Below are positions 57,044 through 64,000 of a stretch of DNA of 64,000 nucleotides, piece after piece. The first letter of the stretch is position 1; each line of letters starts with the position of its first letter. The DNA is from a virus (taxonomy: Duplodnaviria > Caudoviricetes): positions 64,001 to 128,000 of IMG/VR virus record IMGVR_UViG_3300031993_000010; one strand, given 5' to 3'. The notes beneath the pieces are model-generated. The model was not told the origin of the DNA and made no database searches. It worked only from the letters and a program-made list of their open reading frames with translations. The position numbers and the translations under genes were made by a program.

Positions 57044-57210
57044 ACTGTGTTGGAATACACTTTTAGAGGTATTTACAACGAATATTGTTTTACAATTGAT
57101 TTTATCGCACTGTGTTGGAATACACTTTTAGAGGTATTTACAACGGTTATCTACCTTGCCTTTGAGCGACTTGTACTGTGTTGGAATACAGTTGAGGGGT
57201 TATTTATGAC
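57044..57210 (+). CRISPR. CRISPR mini-array: two identical and one degenerate 36-bp repeat, two spacers, no cas genes in window
   Basis: ACTGTGTTGGAATACACTTTTAGAGGTATTTACAAC at 57044 and 57109; degenerate copy at 57175; spacers of 29 and 30 bp; AT-rich leader. Confidence 0.8.
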
Positions 57211-57246
57211 CAACTGACAATTAATAAATAAACAAATAAAATAAAC

Positions 57247-57843
57247 ATGAAGAGACTTTTGAGTTTGATTGCCGTTGCGACAGTTGCTGTCGTGATGGTT
57301 GCTTGCCACAGAAGCAAGCCCGTTGAGCCGACCGTTGTCGGTTATGACTATTACACTGAGGTGTGCGGTGACTATGACTACATTGCATCGCAGTACGACA
57401 CTTTCTACTTCTATGAGGCTGACGTGCTGTACAACATCTGCTTCAATGAAGAGGGTGACCGTTACATCACCTCAATCACCACTGTTTTCCAGATTGGTGA
57501 CACCTGCATCAGAATCGTGCACAGGGAAGGTGCCTATGACCAAGCCCCCGACACATTGGTTGACGCAGGCTATTGGATGGAATGCATGCCTTGCGACCCA
57601 CGTGTCGACGTGACCCTTGAGGAGGCGGTCGAATGTGCGATTGACGAGGAACTGCCCACGAGAGCCATGACTTTCAGACGCATACTTGCACCCCCATTCC
57701 CCGAGTGCGGACAGTACATATTCGGTGTAGGTCTGCTGTTCATTGACGGATGCAACGACGTTGTTGATGTTGAATACGACTATCCCGAGTTCGTCGAAGG
57801 ATACCTCTCGGACACTCTCATCGAGAATGAAGAAAACCTCTAA
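57247..57843 (+). CDS. acidic lipoprotein
   Basis: Signal peptide with MVAC lipobox. Confidence 0.7.
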   Translation: MKRLLSLIAVATVAVVMVACHRSKPVEPTVVGYDYYTEVCGDYDYIASQYDTFYFYEADVLYNICFNEEGDRYITSITTVFQIGDTCIRIVHREGAYDQAPDTLVDAGYWMECMPCDPRVDVTLEEAVECAIDEELPTRAMTFRRILAPPFPECGQYIFGVGLLFIDGCNDVVDVEYDYPEFVEGYLSDTLIENEENL

Positions 57844-57858
57844 CCTATAAACCAACGT

Positions 57859-57893
57859 GAACCCTCTGCAAAAAATTTGTGGAGGGTTTTTTT
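57859..57893 (+). terminator. terminator
   Basis: AACCCTCTGCAAA...TTTGTGGAGGGTTTTTTT. Confidence 0.7.
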
Positions 57894-57925
57894 GTTTGTG
57901 TCGGTTTTTATAGTATATTTGCATC

Positions 57926-58132
57926 ATGTGGAAAATCATGTATAAGTACTGTGGAAGTTGGTATCCGTTGACATCTCATTGTCACATCGTCTATTATCTT
58001 GACAAGGAGAGTGCGGAGAGACATTTGGGAAGGTGCCTTGGTGACAGGGATAATTGTTGGAGTGAAGCGTTCTGTGCGTTTGATGAGGAACCGAACATGC
58101 AATTTTTTTGTGTGACAACTGGCAGATATTAG
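57926..58132 (+). CDS. hypothetical protein
   Basis: ORF after a TAGTATATTTG motif. Confidence 0.4.
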   Translation: MWKIMYKYCGSWYPLTSHCHIVYYLDKESAERHLGRCLGDRDNCWSEAFCAFDEEPNMQFFCVTTGRY

Positions 58133-58178
58133 AAAAATATAGTATATTTGCGTTGTTGAAAATAACAAACAGAAAGAT

Positions 58179-58634
58179 ATGAAACAGGATTTTAAAGTAG
58201 AGGAGACCTATCAAGTGGTTTTAAGACTGTTAAGGAAACACATTTCCAAGCCGAACTGTGTTGACGTGCTTGAAGAGGTTGCTGAAAGGCTTAACAGTCA
58301 GTACGTAGAATATGAAGATGAGGTGAAGAAACGTTTATCACGTGATTTCATGAGATTCTTCGAGTATTGGTTCCTGACGGTGAAGGACGCTGAAAAATGC
58401 AGCCCTAATGGGCAATCAATATTGTTAAACATAAACACTATTGACCCTTGGAGATTCTTCAAGGATATTTATGTTAGGTTTAACAAAGGATTCATGGTAA
58501 ATCTGCCTGAGGACAACACCGACGAGGGGAAATTGGTGCGTTTGATAAATATTTGTATAAAGGCAGTTATCCAGACCAAGAAACGTACAATGGGAATGGA
58601 GACTCCGTCCAAGAAATACCCAGTGGAAAAATGA
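58179..58634 (+). CDS. hypothetical protein
   Basis: ORF in operon. Confidence 0.65.
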   Translation: MKQDFKVEETYQVVLRLLRKHISKPNCVDVLEEVAERLNSQYVEYEDEVKKRLSRDFMRFFEYWFLTVKDAEKCSPNGQSILLNINTIDPWRFFKDIYVRFNKGFMVNLPEDNTDEGKLVRLINICIKAVIQTKKRTMGMETPSKKYPVEK

Positions 58635-58891
58635 AGAAATTTCAAATTAACAGACATATGATGTTTTTCATTGCGTTGGTGAGCGCATGCGCATTATTGT
58701 GGATATTTGCCACTGTCAATGCGATGTTCCTGTTCTTGGGCATTGTCTCGGGATTCTTGTTCTTCAACGTGACTTTGTCCACCATGACAAACGTGCTGAC
58801 GGGGGCTATGGTTCAGCCCAACGACACATTTTGGCGAATGCTGCTGCTGTTTGCAAGCGCACTGTTTATAACATTAAGCATATTTGTATAG
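58631..58891 (+). CDS. membrane protein
   Basis: About three hydrophobic segments; ATGA overlap. Confidence 0.65.
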   Translation: MKKFQINRHMMFFIALVSACALLWIFATVNAMFLFLGIVSGFLFFNVTLSTMTNVLTGAMVQPNDTFWRMLLLFASALFITLSIFV

Positions 58892-58900
58892 AATAGAAGT

Positions 58901-59260
58901 ATGAAAAGTAGAGATTTGTTTCCATACAATGTCAGGTGCAACTGTGGTTTCACCCTGAGGGGTGCCAAAGGGAAGCCTGTGTTGGATTTTGACGGTAAGA
59001 AAAATGACAGCCAACTTGTATATGCGCCGTATTTACCTCTGACCAATACACCCACAATTGGAAATTTTCACGAGTTCAACACCATGTATGCGTCAAACCC
59101 CGTATATTACGCTGACATAAAACTTGACATTGCCGACAGGGGTAAGGATGCAACGAGCGTATGGGTGGGAAAATGTATGGATAGGTTGATACAAATGCAG
59201 GAACAGATTGTAAAATATAATACCAACCCTTATATTATAATACAAGACAGACAAAGATGA
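58901..59260 (+). CDS. hypothetical protein with capsid-like YAPYLPL motif
   Basis: LVYAPYLPLTNTPT. Confidence 0.55.
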   Translation: MKSRDLFPYNVRCNCGFTLRGAKGKPVLDFDGKKNDSQLVYAPYLPLTNTPTIGNFHEFNTMYASNPVYYADIKLDIADRGKDATSVWVGKCMDRLIQMQEQIVKYNTNPYIIIQDRQR

Positions 59261-59442
59261 GTAACACTTACAAAACAAAAAGCCTCGGAAAGAGGAAACG
59301 TACAGGGGAGACAACCCTTAAGACCGAGAAAATGATGGAACGTAAATGCGGCTTGATTGACGACAAGGTCGAGAAAATGGAACTTGAGGAAAAGGAACTG
59401 CAGGAGGCGTTTCGTAAGGAGATTGAGGAAATAACAAAATAG
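59257..59442 (+). CDS. hypothetical protein
   Basis: ORF in operon. Confidence 0.55.
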   Translation: MSNTYKTKSLGKRKRTGETTLKTEKMMERKCGLIDDKVEKMELEEKELQEAFRKEIEEITK

Positions 59443-59458
59443 AAACATGTAGAATAAT

Positions 59459-59764
59459 ATGGAACCTTTAACAAGAACATGGAACGCGTTAAAAACCTGT
59501 GACACTATACAGGGAATAACATCGGCGGGTGACTTGGTATTAAACACAGCCTCCGACATCGGAACCGTGGTGGCTTCTCCAAGCACAGGACAGGCGTGGG
59601 TAAACACGGACAATATAGTTACAACCCCAAATACAAGTCCGTGGGAATCGATTAATGGACCGTTCTTTTTGGACTTTAACATAGTCGATTGCTTTACATC
59701 GTCTGATGCACCCTTCAGCCTGAAAACGAACAGAAAAAGAAAAATATTAACCTTTAAAAATTAA
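59459..59764 (+). CDS. hypothetical protein
   Basis: ORF in operon. Confidence 0.55.
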   Translation: MEPLTRTWNALKTCDTIQGITSAGDLVLNTASDIGTVVASPSTGQAWVNTDNIVTTPNTSPWESINGPFFLDFNIVDCFTSSDAPFSLKTNRKRKILTFKN

Positions 59765-59770
59765 AACACC

Positions 59771-60082
59771 ATGAAAAGAATCGAAGCGTACATGCGCAAA
59801 AAATGCGAAAGCAAGAAAACCGAGTTAAAAATCAAGATGGTGCGTAACGCCCTCAATGCAGCCCGTTATGCAGCCGAGGAAAAACTCGACACCGCAGAGT
59901 CGAACCTGCAGAAAGCAATGGAGGAGTTGGTCGACGCCACCAACGTCAGTTCCGTACTTTCCAGAATGAACGGTTACTTCAACGACAGAAGGGATGCCCT
60001 TGACGAGTTGTCGCTTGCCGACGAGATGGAGAAGTATTTCGACGAAGATGTTGAGATTGACCCCGAAGACGACGACAAGTAA
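59771..60082 (+). CDS. hypothetical coiled-coil protein
   Basis: ORF in operon. Confidence 0.65.
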   Translation: MKRIEAYMRKKCESKKTELKIKMVRNALNAARYAAEEKLDTAESNLQKAMEELVDATNVSSVLSRMNGYFNDRRDALDELSLADEMEKYFDEDVEIDPEDDDK

Positions 60083-60101
60083 TCTTGATTTAACATCATT
60101 T

Positions 60102-60155
60102 AAGAAAAAACCTCATTGACATATGAGGTTTTTTCTTATCTTTGCAAACGTAAAA
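60102..60155 (+). promoter_or_regulatory. hairpin fused to class A promoter
   Basis: Near-copy of 25931-25984. Confidence 0.65.
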
Positions 60156-60174
60156 CACATAAAAAACATTTACG

Positions 60175-60453
60175 ATGGCAAAAGAACTTGTTGGAAAGTA
60201 TGAAAAAGAAGCCTTTAAGTGGCAGATATTGACAATCGTTGCGATGATACTGATGGTCATTGTGTGCGTCCTGTACGGGACACAGCACAAGAAGGCGTCA
60301 TCCGTTGAACCCGTGGTTCAGTATGTAACCGAGACGATAACCGACACTGTATATATACACGACACCGTGTATGTCAATGTGAGACCGAAGGTTAGGGACA
60401 GTGCCGTTGTCGAGAAGAACACTGAAACACCCATTGTTGAACAAAGCATATGA
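60175..60453 (+). CDS. membrane-anchored protein
   Basis: TM segment; DTVYIHDTVYV. Confidence 0.65.
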   Translation: MAKELVGKYEKEAFKWQILTIVAMILMVIVCVLYGTQHKKASSVEPVVQYVTETITDTVYIHDTVYVNVRPKVRDSAVVEKNTETPIVEQSI

Positions 60454-60722
60454 ATATGGAAATTCAGATGAAATCAGAGACACCGTGCAAGCGTTTCAAG
60501 TGCTTGGACAGAAACGGCGACCCCGTATTCGTCGACAAGGTCAGGTTCGAGACCGACAAGGAGGCGATTGAGGCTGCAAGGGTTATAAACCTTCATGAGA
60601 ACACAATCCACAGGCTTGTTGCGTACAAATGCCCTGTCTGTCATTATTGGCACATCGGCAGAAACCGAAGCGTGTTGACGGAGAAAGACAGAAAACGTTA
60701 TTCAAGACAATCCAATCTGTAA
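60450..60722 (+). CDS. small zinc-binding hypothetical protein
   Basis: AYKCPVCHYWHIG. Confidence 0.65.
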   Translation: MNMEIQMKSETPCKRFKCLDRNGDPVFVDKVRFETDKEAIEAARVINLHENTIHRLVAYKCPVCHYWHIGRNRSVLTEKDRKRYSRQSNL

Positions 60723-60727
60723 GCAAT

Positions 60728-60967
60728 ATGATAAACGAGAAGATATACGTACATTATAGGATATACAACAATTACAGTGGCGACGAAAAAGAAGGGGACG
60801 GGCTGTTGATTGACATCACTTTCGACCAGGACGGTCACTCAAAGTATATCATCATGTCACCAAAAGGAGATGTATTCAGTGCGGGGGCGTATCAGATTAA
60901 GATAACCAATAGCAAGGAACTATACGGAGACGGCGGGAAACCCGAACAAAACAAGGACAATTCATAA
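60728..60967 (+). CDS. hypothetical protein
   Basis: ORF in operon. Confidence 0.55.
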   Translation: MINEKIYVHYRIYNNYSGDEKEGDGLLIDITFDQDGHSKYIIMSPKGDVFSAGAYQIKITNSKELYGDGGKPEQNKDNS

Positions 60968-60978
60968 AAGACAATGAT

Positions 60979-61320
60979 ATGAAACTAATAGACAAAGACG
61001 CTTTAGTAGCGGAGATAGAGAGACAACAAAGAAGACTTGATGTATTAAGCCGACCAAACAATGTAGAGTTACATAGAGATATTGCGATACAAAATGAAGT
61101 GTATTGTAGTCTTCTCTCTTTCATCAACACTCTTGAAGTGAAAGAGGTGGACTTGGAGAAAGAGTCGGAATCCATAGCAAACGGTATTATGATTTCAGTA
61201 CAGTCAAACAAATACGGCACTAACATATATAATGCCGAAAGAAACGATTTCAATCATTATCATTTGCGAATGGCAGCAAGAAAAGGTATTGAACTTGGTC
61301 TTAAAATAAATCAGAAATGA
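60979..61320 (+). CDS. hypothetical protein
   Basis: MKLIDKDALVAEIER...TLEVKEVDLEKE. Confidence 0.65.
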   Translation: MKLIDKDALVAEIERQQRRLDVLSRPNNVELHRDIAIQNEVYCSLLSFINTLEVKEVDLEKESESIANGIMISVQSNKYGTNIYNAERNDFNHYHLRMAARKGIELGLKINQK

Positions 61321-61321
61321 T

Positions 61322-61645
61322 ATGGAAATGACAATTAAAGACCTTCATGGCCTGCAGTACAGCGAAAACTCCTACGGCGTGTACCGTTTCAAGATTGACG
61401 ACAAGTCGGTTCTCAACTCGATACTCAACATAAACGAGCGCTACCCCGACGACACGATGGTCGCCGTGAATACCAATGTGTACGACACGCAAAACCCCGA
61501 AAGCATGAAAGCCGCCTACGACAAGTTGTGCGGACTTTCCATCAAGTTGGAGGGAATGAAGAACCGCATAGACAACATACGCAACTTTGTGTATTACGAC
61601 ATGTTGGACAAATTCAGGAACGGAAAGCATGAAAACAAGGAATAA
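61322..61645 (+). CDS. hypothetical protein
   Basis: ORF in operon. Confidence 0.6.
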   Translation: MEMTIKDLHGLQYSENSYGVYRFKIDDKSVLNSILNINERYPDDTMVAVNTNVYDTQNPESMKAAYDKLCGLSIKLEGMKNRIDNIRNFVYYDMLDKFRNGKHENKE

Positions 61646-62006
61646 CAACACAGTCGATGACCTCTCGGCAGCTTCGTTCTTTTCCCTTGTGTTGATACTG
61701 CTCGGTGGTTTCGGTTGGTTCGTCGCAGGCACGATACACGGTGCGACACAGCCCAAGCATAAGGTGAGGATTGAGTACGTCATATACCGTGACGGCACAC
61801 CATACCCCAAGACAGGTGTGTATGCGATGAAGGGAAAAGGCTTCAAGACGAACTGCTATACCCGTAGGGAAAAATACGGACACGGGGCGAACGTGCTTGA
61901 GATTGTCGACACCGACGATTGGGGAATGTACGTCGACAAGCAGTCGGTTTGTGTGTACACGGGTTACAACGACGTGGAGGTCAAATCATTGGAAATAATA
62001 GAATAA
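61629..62006 (+). CDS. membrane-anchored hypothetical protein
   Basis: N-terminal TM. Confidence 0.6.
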   Translation: MKTRNNNTVDDLSAASFFSLVLILLGGFGWFVAGTIHGATQPKHKVRIEYVIYRDGTPYPKTGVYAMKGKGFKTNCYTRREKYGHGANVLEIVDTDDWGMYVDKQSVCVYTGYNDVEVKSLEIIE

Positions 62007-62017
62007 ACAAAAAAAAC

Positions 62018-62191
62018 ATGAAATTCGGAAGAATAGTCGAGGGTTTTGAAATCCTCCCAAGCATTAGCGTGAATTGGATAACGTTCTGCGGCGAAAGGCA
62101 TTACTCGCTGCAGTTTGCGTGGCTGTGGTGGTATGTCAGCACGTTCAGGACACCGCAGCAAATAGTTGACAGATACATTGACAACATCTAA
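62018..62191 (+). CDS. hypothetical protein
   Basis: A-rich start context. Confidence 0.5.
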   Translation: MKFGRIVEGFEILPSISVNWITFCGERHYSLQFAWLWWYVSTFRTPQQIVDRYIDNI

Positions 62192-62193
62192 TT

Positions 62194-62568
62194 ATGGAAA
62201 CACAGGAATACAAAGTTGGACAAAGGATATGGTTCGCCGAGGAAAAGCGGCCATACAGGATAAGGGCTTGCGACGGGAGGTTTCTCATCTGCACCAAGCC
62301 GTTCAACCTGCGGAAGGACACCATGCTCTACACGATAGTCGACCTCAAGGAAGAGATAAGGGGAACCGACGGATACTCAATCGGGCCTTATGACTACCGC
62401 AGCGACGAGGACTGTGAAGCCGTTCTCAAGGAACTGCAAGAGGGTGCGAGAAGGAGAGAGTACAACCGCAGCGTCTATAATATACCGGGTGCTGTCTTGG
62501 AGGACATCGGTTCGGGGCATATCTCGTACCGCAACAGAATAGACTTGAACATAACGAAGGTGAAATAG
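62194..62568 (+). CDS. conserved hypothetical protein
   Basis: EEKRPY...ICTKPFNL...LYTIVD...IRG. Confidence 0.65.
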   Translation: METQEYKVGQRIWFAEEKRPYRIRACDGRFLICTKPFNLRKDTMLYTIVDLKEEIRGTDGYSIGPYDYRSDEDCEAVLKELQEGARRREYNRSVYNIPGAVLEDIGSGHISYRNRIDLNITKVK

Positions 62569-62574
62569 ACTGAT

Positions 62575-62841
62575 ATGGAAAACAACATTTACAAACTGCC
62601 ACCTGAGGCGGAACCGGAATTTTCGGAAAGGTCAGAATACACCTATTGTGAATTTGAACAACGGTTGGTTAATCAAGGAATACGTATGTGCAGTAAAGCG
62701 CTGCCAAATAATGCAGATATTTTGCATTGCGGTCCTGACGGTCCTTGCTATAGTCCCAAGACCATAGTGAGTTACTGCGGGAGTGTGTCTTCCGCAACCA
62801 TAACAATTACAGATAACGAAACATACACTGAAACTGAATAA
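62575..62841 (+). CDS. hypothetical protein
   Basis: ORF in operon. Confidence 0.5.
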   Translation: MENNIYKLPPEAEPEFSERSEYTYCEFEQRLVNQGIRMCSKALPNNADILHCGPDGPCYSPKTIVSYCGSVSSATITITDNETYTETE

Positions 62842-62851
62842 AAGTTGTAAT

Positions 62852-63361
62852 ATGGAAACAGACAATCTCAAAGAACTTGACGGAAAACCTGTGATGATAG
62901 GCGATACCGCATATTTTCTCCGTTTTTATGAAGATAACTCAGTACCGTGCAGCAAGTGTGCGTTTTTCAATAGAGACACTTTAGGATGTAAATTGCCGAT
63001 AGGTGTGACGGCTGAATGTCAGAGAGTCGAAGGCACACACAATGGGTGGAACACTTTGGAATATAGGGTTATACCAATGCAAAGTTCATACCCAATCCTA
63101 AAAGAAGAGTGGGAAAAACGAGAACAGGAAAAAGTTGAGCGTCAGAAGAAAAAAGAGGAGAATGAGGATATGCTTGCCAAGATTGGGGATGAGGAAATCA
63201 AATCCGTTTGCAATCATCTGTTTAACACCGCAAACTTCAGAATAACCAATATCCATAAGGAGGAAGACACCAATACTGTGGTTGTGCATTGTATAATCCA
63301 CCATTCCGTCAACTACATTACAGTGACCATGACAATAAACAGTGGAGACTCTTATAAATAG
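62852..63361 (+). CDS. hypothetical protein
   Basis: ORF in operon. Confidence 0.6.
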   Translation: METDNLKELDGKPVMIGDTAYFLRFYEDNSVPCSKCAFFNRDTLGCKLPIGVTAECQRVEGTHNGWNTLEYRVIPMQSSYPILKEEWEKREQEKVERQKKKEENEDMLAKIGDEEIKSVCNHLFNTANFRITNIHKEEDTNTVVVHCIIHHSVNYITVTMTINSGDSYK

Positions 63362-63369
63362 GAAACGTC

Positions 63370-63618
63370 ATGACCGATATACGATATATTATAGAGGCAG
63401 GTGAAGGAGAGTACTACCCAAGCAGTACAACATTCCACACATTTACCAAGAACATACTGAAAGCCAAGGCTTTCAAGACCGAGAAAGAGGCTCGGGACTG
63501 TGCTAAGACAATAAAGCAGTATTGGAAGAAGAACGCACCACTCTATTGCGGTCTTACGGGTAAACCCGAGCCTTACGCAAAGGTGAGGAAAATGACATTA
63601 ACCATAACAATAGAATAG
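63370..63618 (+). CDS. hypothetical protein
   Basis: ORF in operon. Confidence 0.55.
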   Translation: MTDIRYIIEAGEGEYYPSSTTFHTFTKNILKAKAFKTEKEARDCAKTIKQYWKKNAPLYCGLTGKPEPYAKVRKMTLTITIE

Positions 63619-63622
63619 CATT

Positions 63623-63955
63623 ATGTTTAACAAGGACAACATCAATTGGGAAGAGTTTGCCAAGGAACTCCTTTGGGACAACATCGTGTTCCGCAAGAAC
63701 GACGACAGCGGATACGAGCAGGGTGACGAGACGGGCGACATAGGGCATTACCGCTACATGTCCGCGATAGGGGAGTCGTTCCATCCCGTAACGTGGAAGG
63801 AACTTGCACTTGCACTCGGATTGTTCACTGACATCCTCACACCCGACGGTCATGACTGTCACAAGTGCCCTGACGAGAAGGACTGTATAGCGTACTTCAA
63901 GTATGACAAGGACCATGAACGCTGCAATGGATGGAAAGGCAACTTTAATAATTAA
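63623..63955 (+). CDS. hypothetical protein
   Basis: ORF in operon. Confidence 0.6.
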   Translation: MFNKDNINWEEFAKELLWDNIVFRKNDDSGYEQGDETGDIGHYRYMSAIGESFHPVTWKELALALGLFTDILTPDGHDCHKCPDEKDCIAYFKYDKDHERCNGWKGNFNN

Positions 63956-64000
63956 CATTCTTTAACAAAAAAGATTTGGTGGATTGGAAAAAACGTCTTA

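Noticed and set aside
57026-57217. 63-aa ORF with repeated LCWNT
   Set aside because: Better explained as read-through of CRISPR repeats; unit lengths of 65 and 66 bp do not keep frame

Overview
This window is best read as part of a large (jumbo-type) dsDNA phage infecting a Bacteroidota host. Evidence: dense, almost entirely + strand genes with A-rich starts lacking Shine-Dalgarno sites, recurring TAnnTTTG promoters, and standard genetic code. Bases 1-43,000 hold host-like stress and translation genes (dnaK, dnaJ, infC, sigma factor, Pth2-like, CCA-adding enzyme, YqeY, thioredoxin). They also hold RNA-repair enzymes (HD-kinase, RNA ligase, nucleotidyltransferase, phosphoesterases), five DNA methyltransferase-like genes, a GIY-YIG homing endonuclease and an IS607/TnpB element. 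Bases 43,000-57,200 are an RNA island: about 26 canonical tRNAs, an interrupted tRNA-Pro, about 9 tRNA-like RNAs with remodelled anticodon arms, a circularly permuted tmRNA, many unexplained structured RNAs and a cas-less CRISPR mini-array. Bases 57,200-64,000 are small hypothetical genes. The strongest candidates for undescribed biology are: (1) a seven-copy RNA motif (stem + ACAGCAA) found both free-standing and circularly permuted inside tRNA anticodon arms; (2) a leader-peptide attenuator upstream of the tRNA island; (3) the permuted tmRNA and the tRNA-Pro carrying a nested T-arm insert. Together with the RNA-repair genes these suggest a translation-stress-sensing, tRNA-rescue/decoy system (inference). 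All calls were made by eye; no database searches or folding programs were run.
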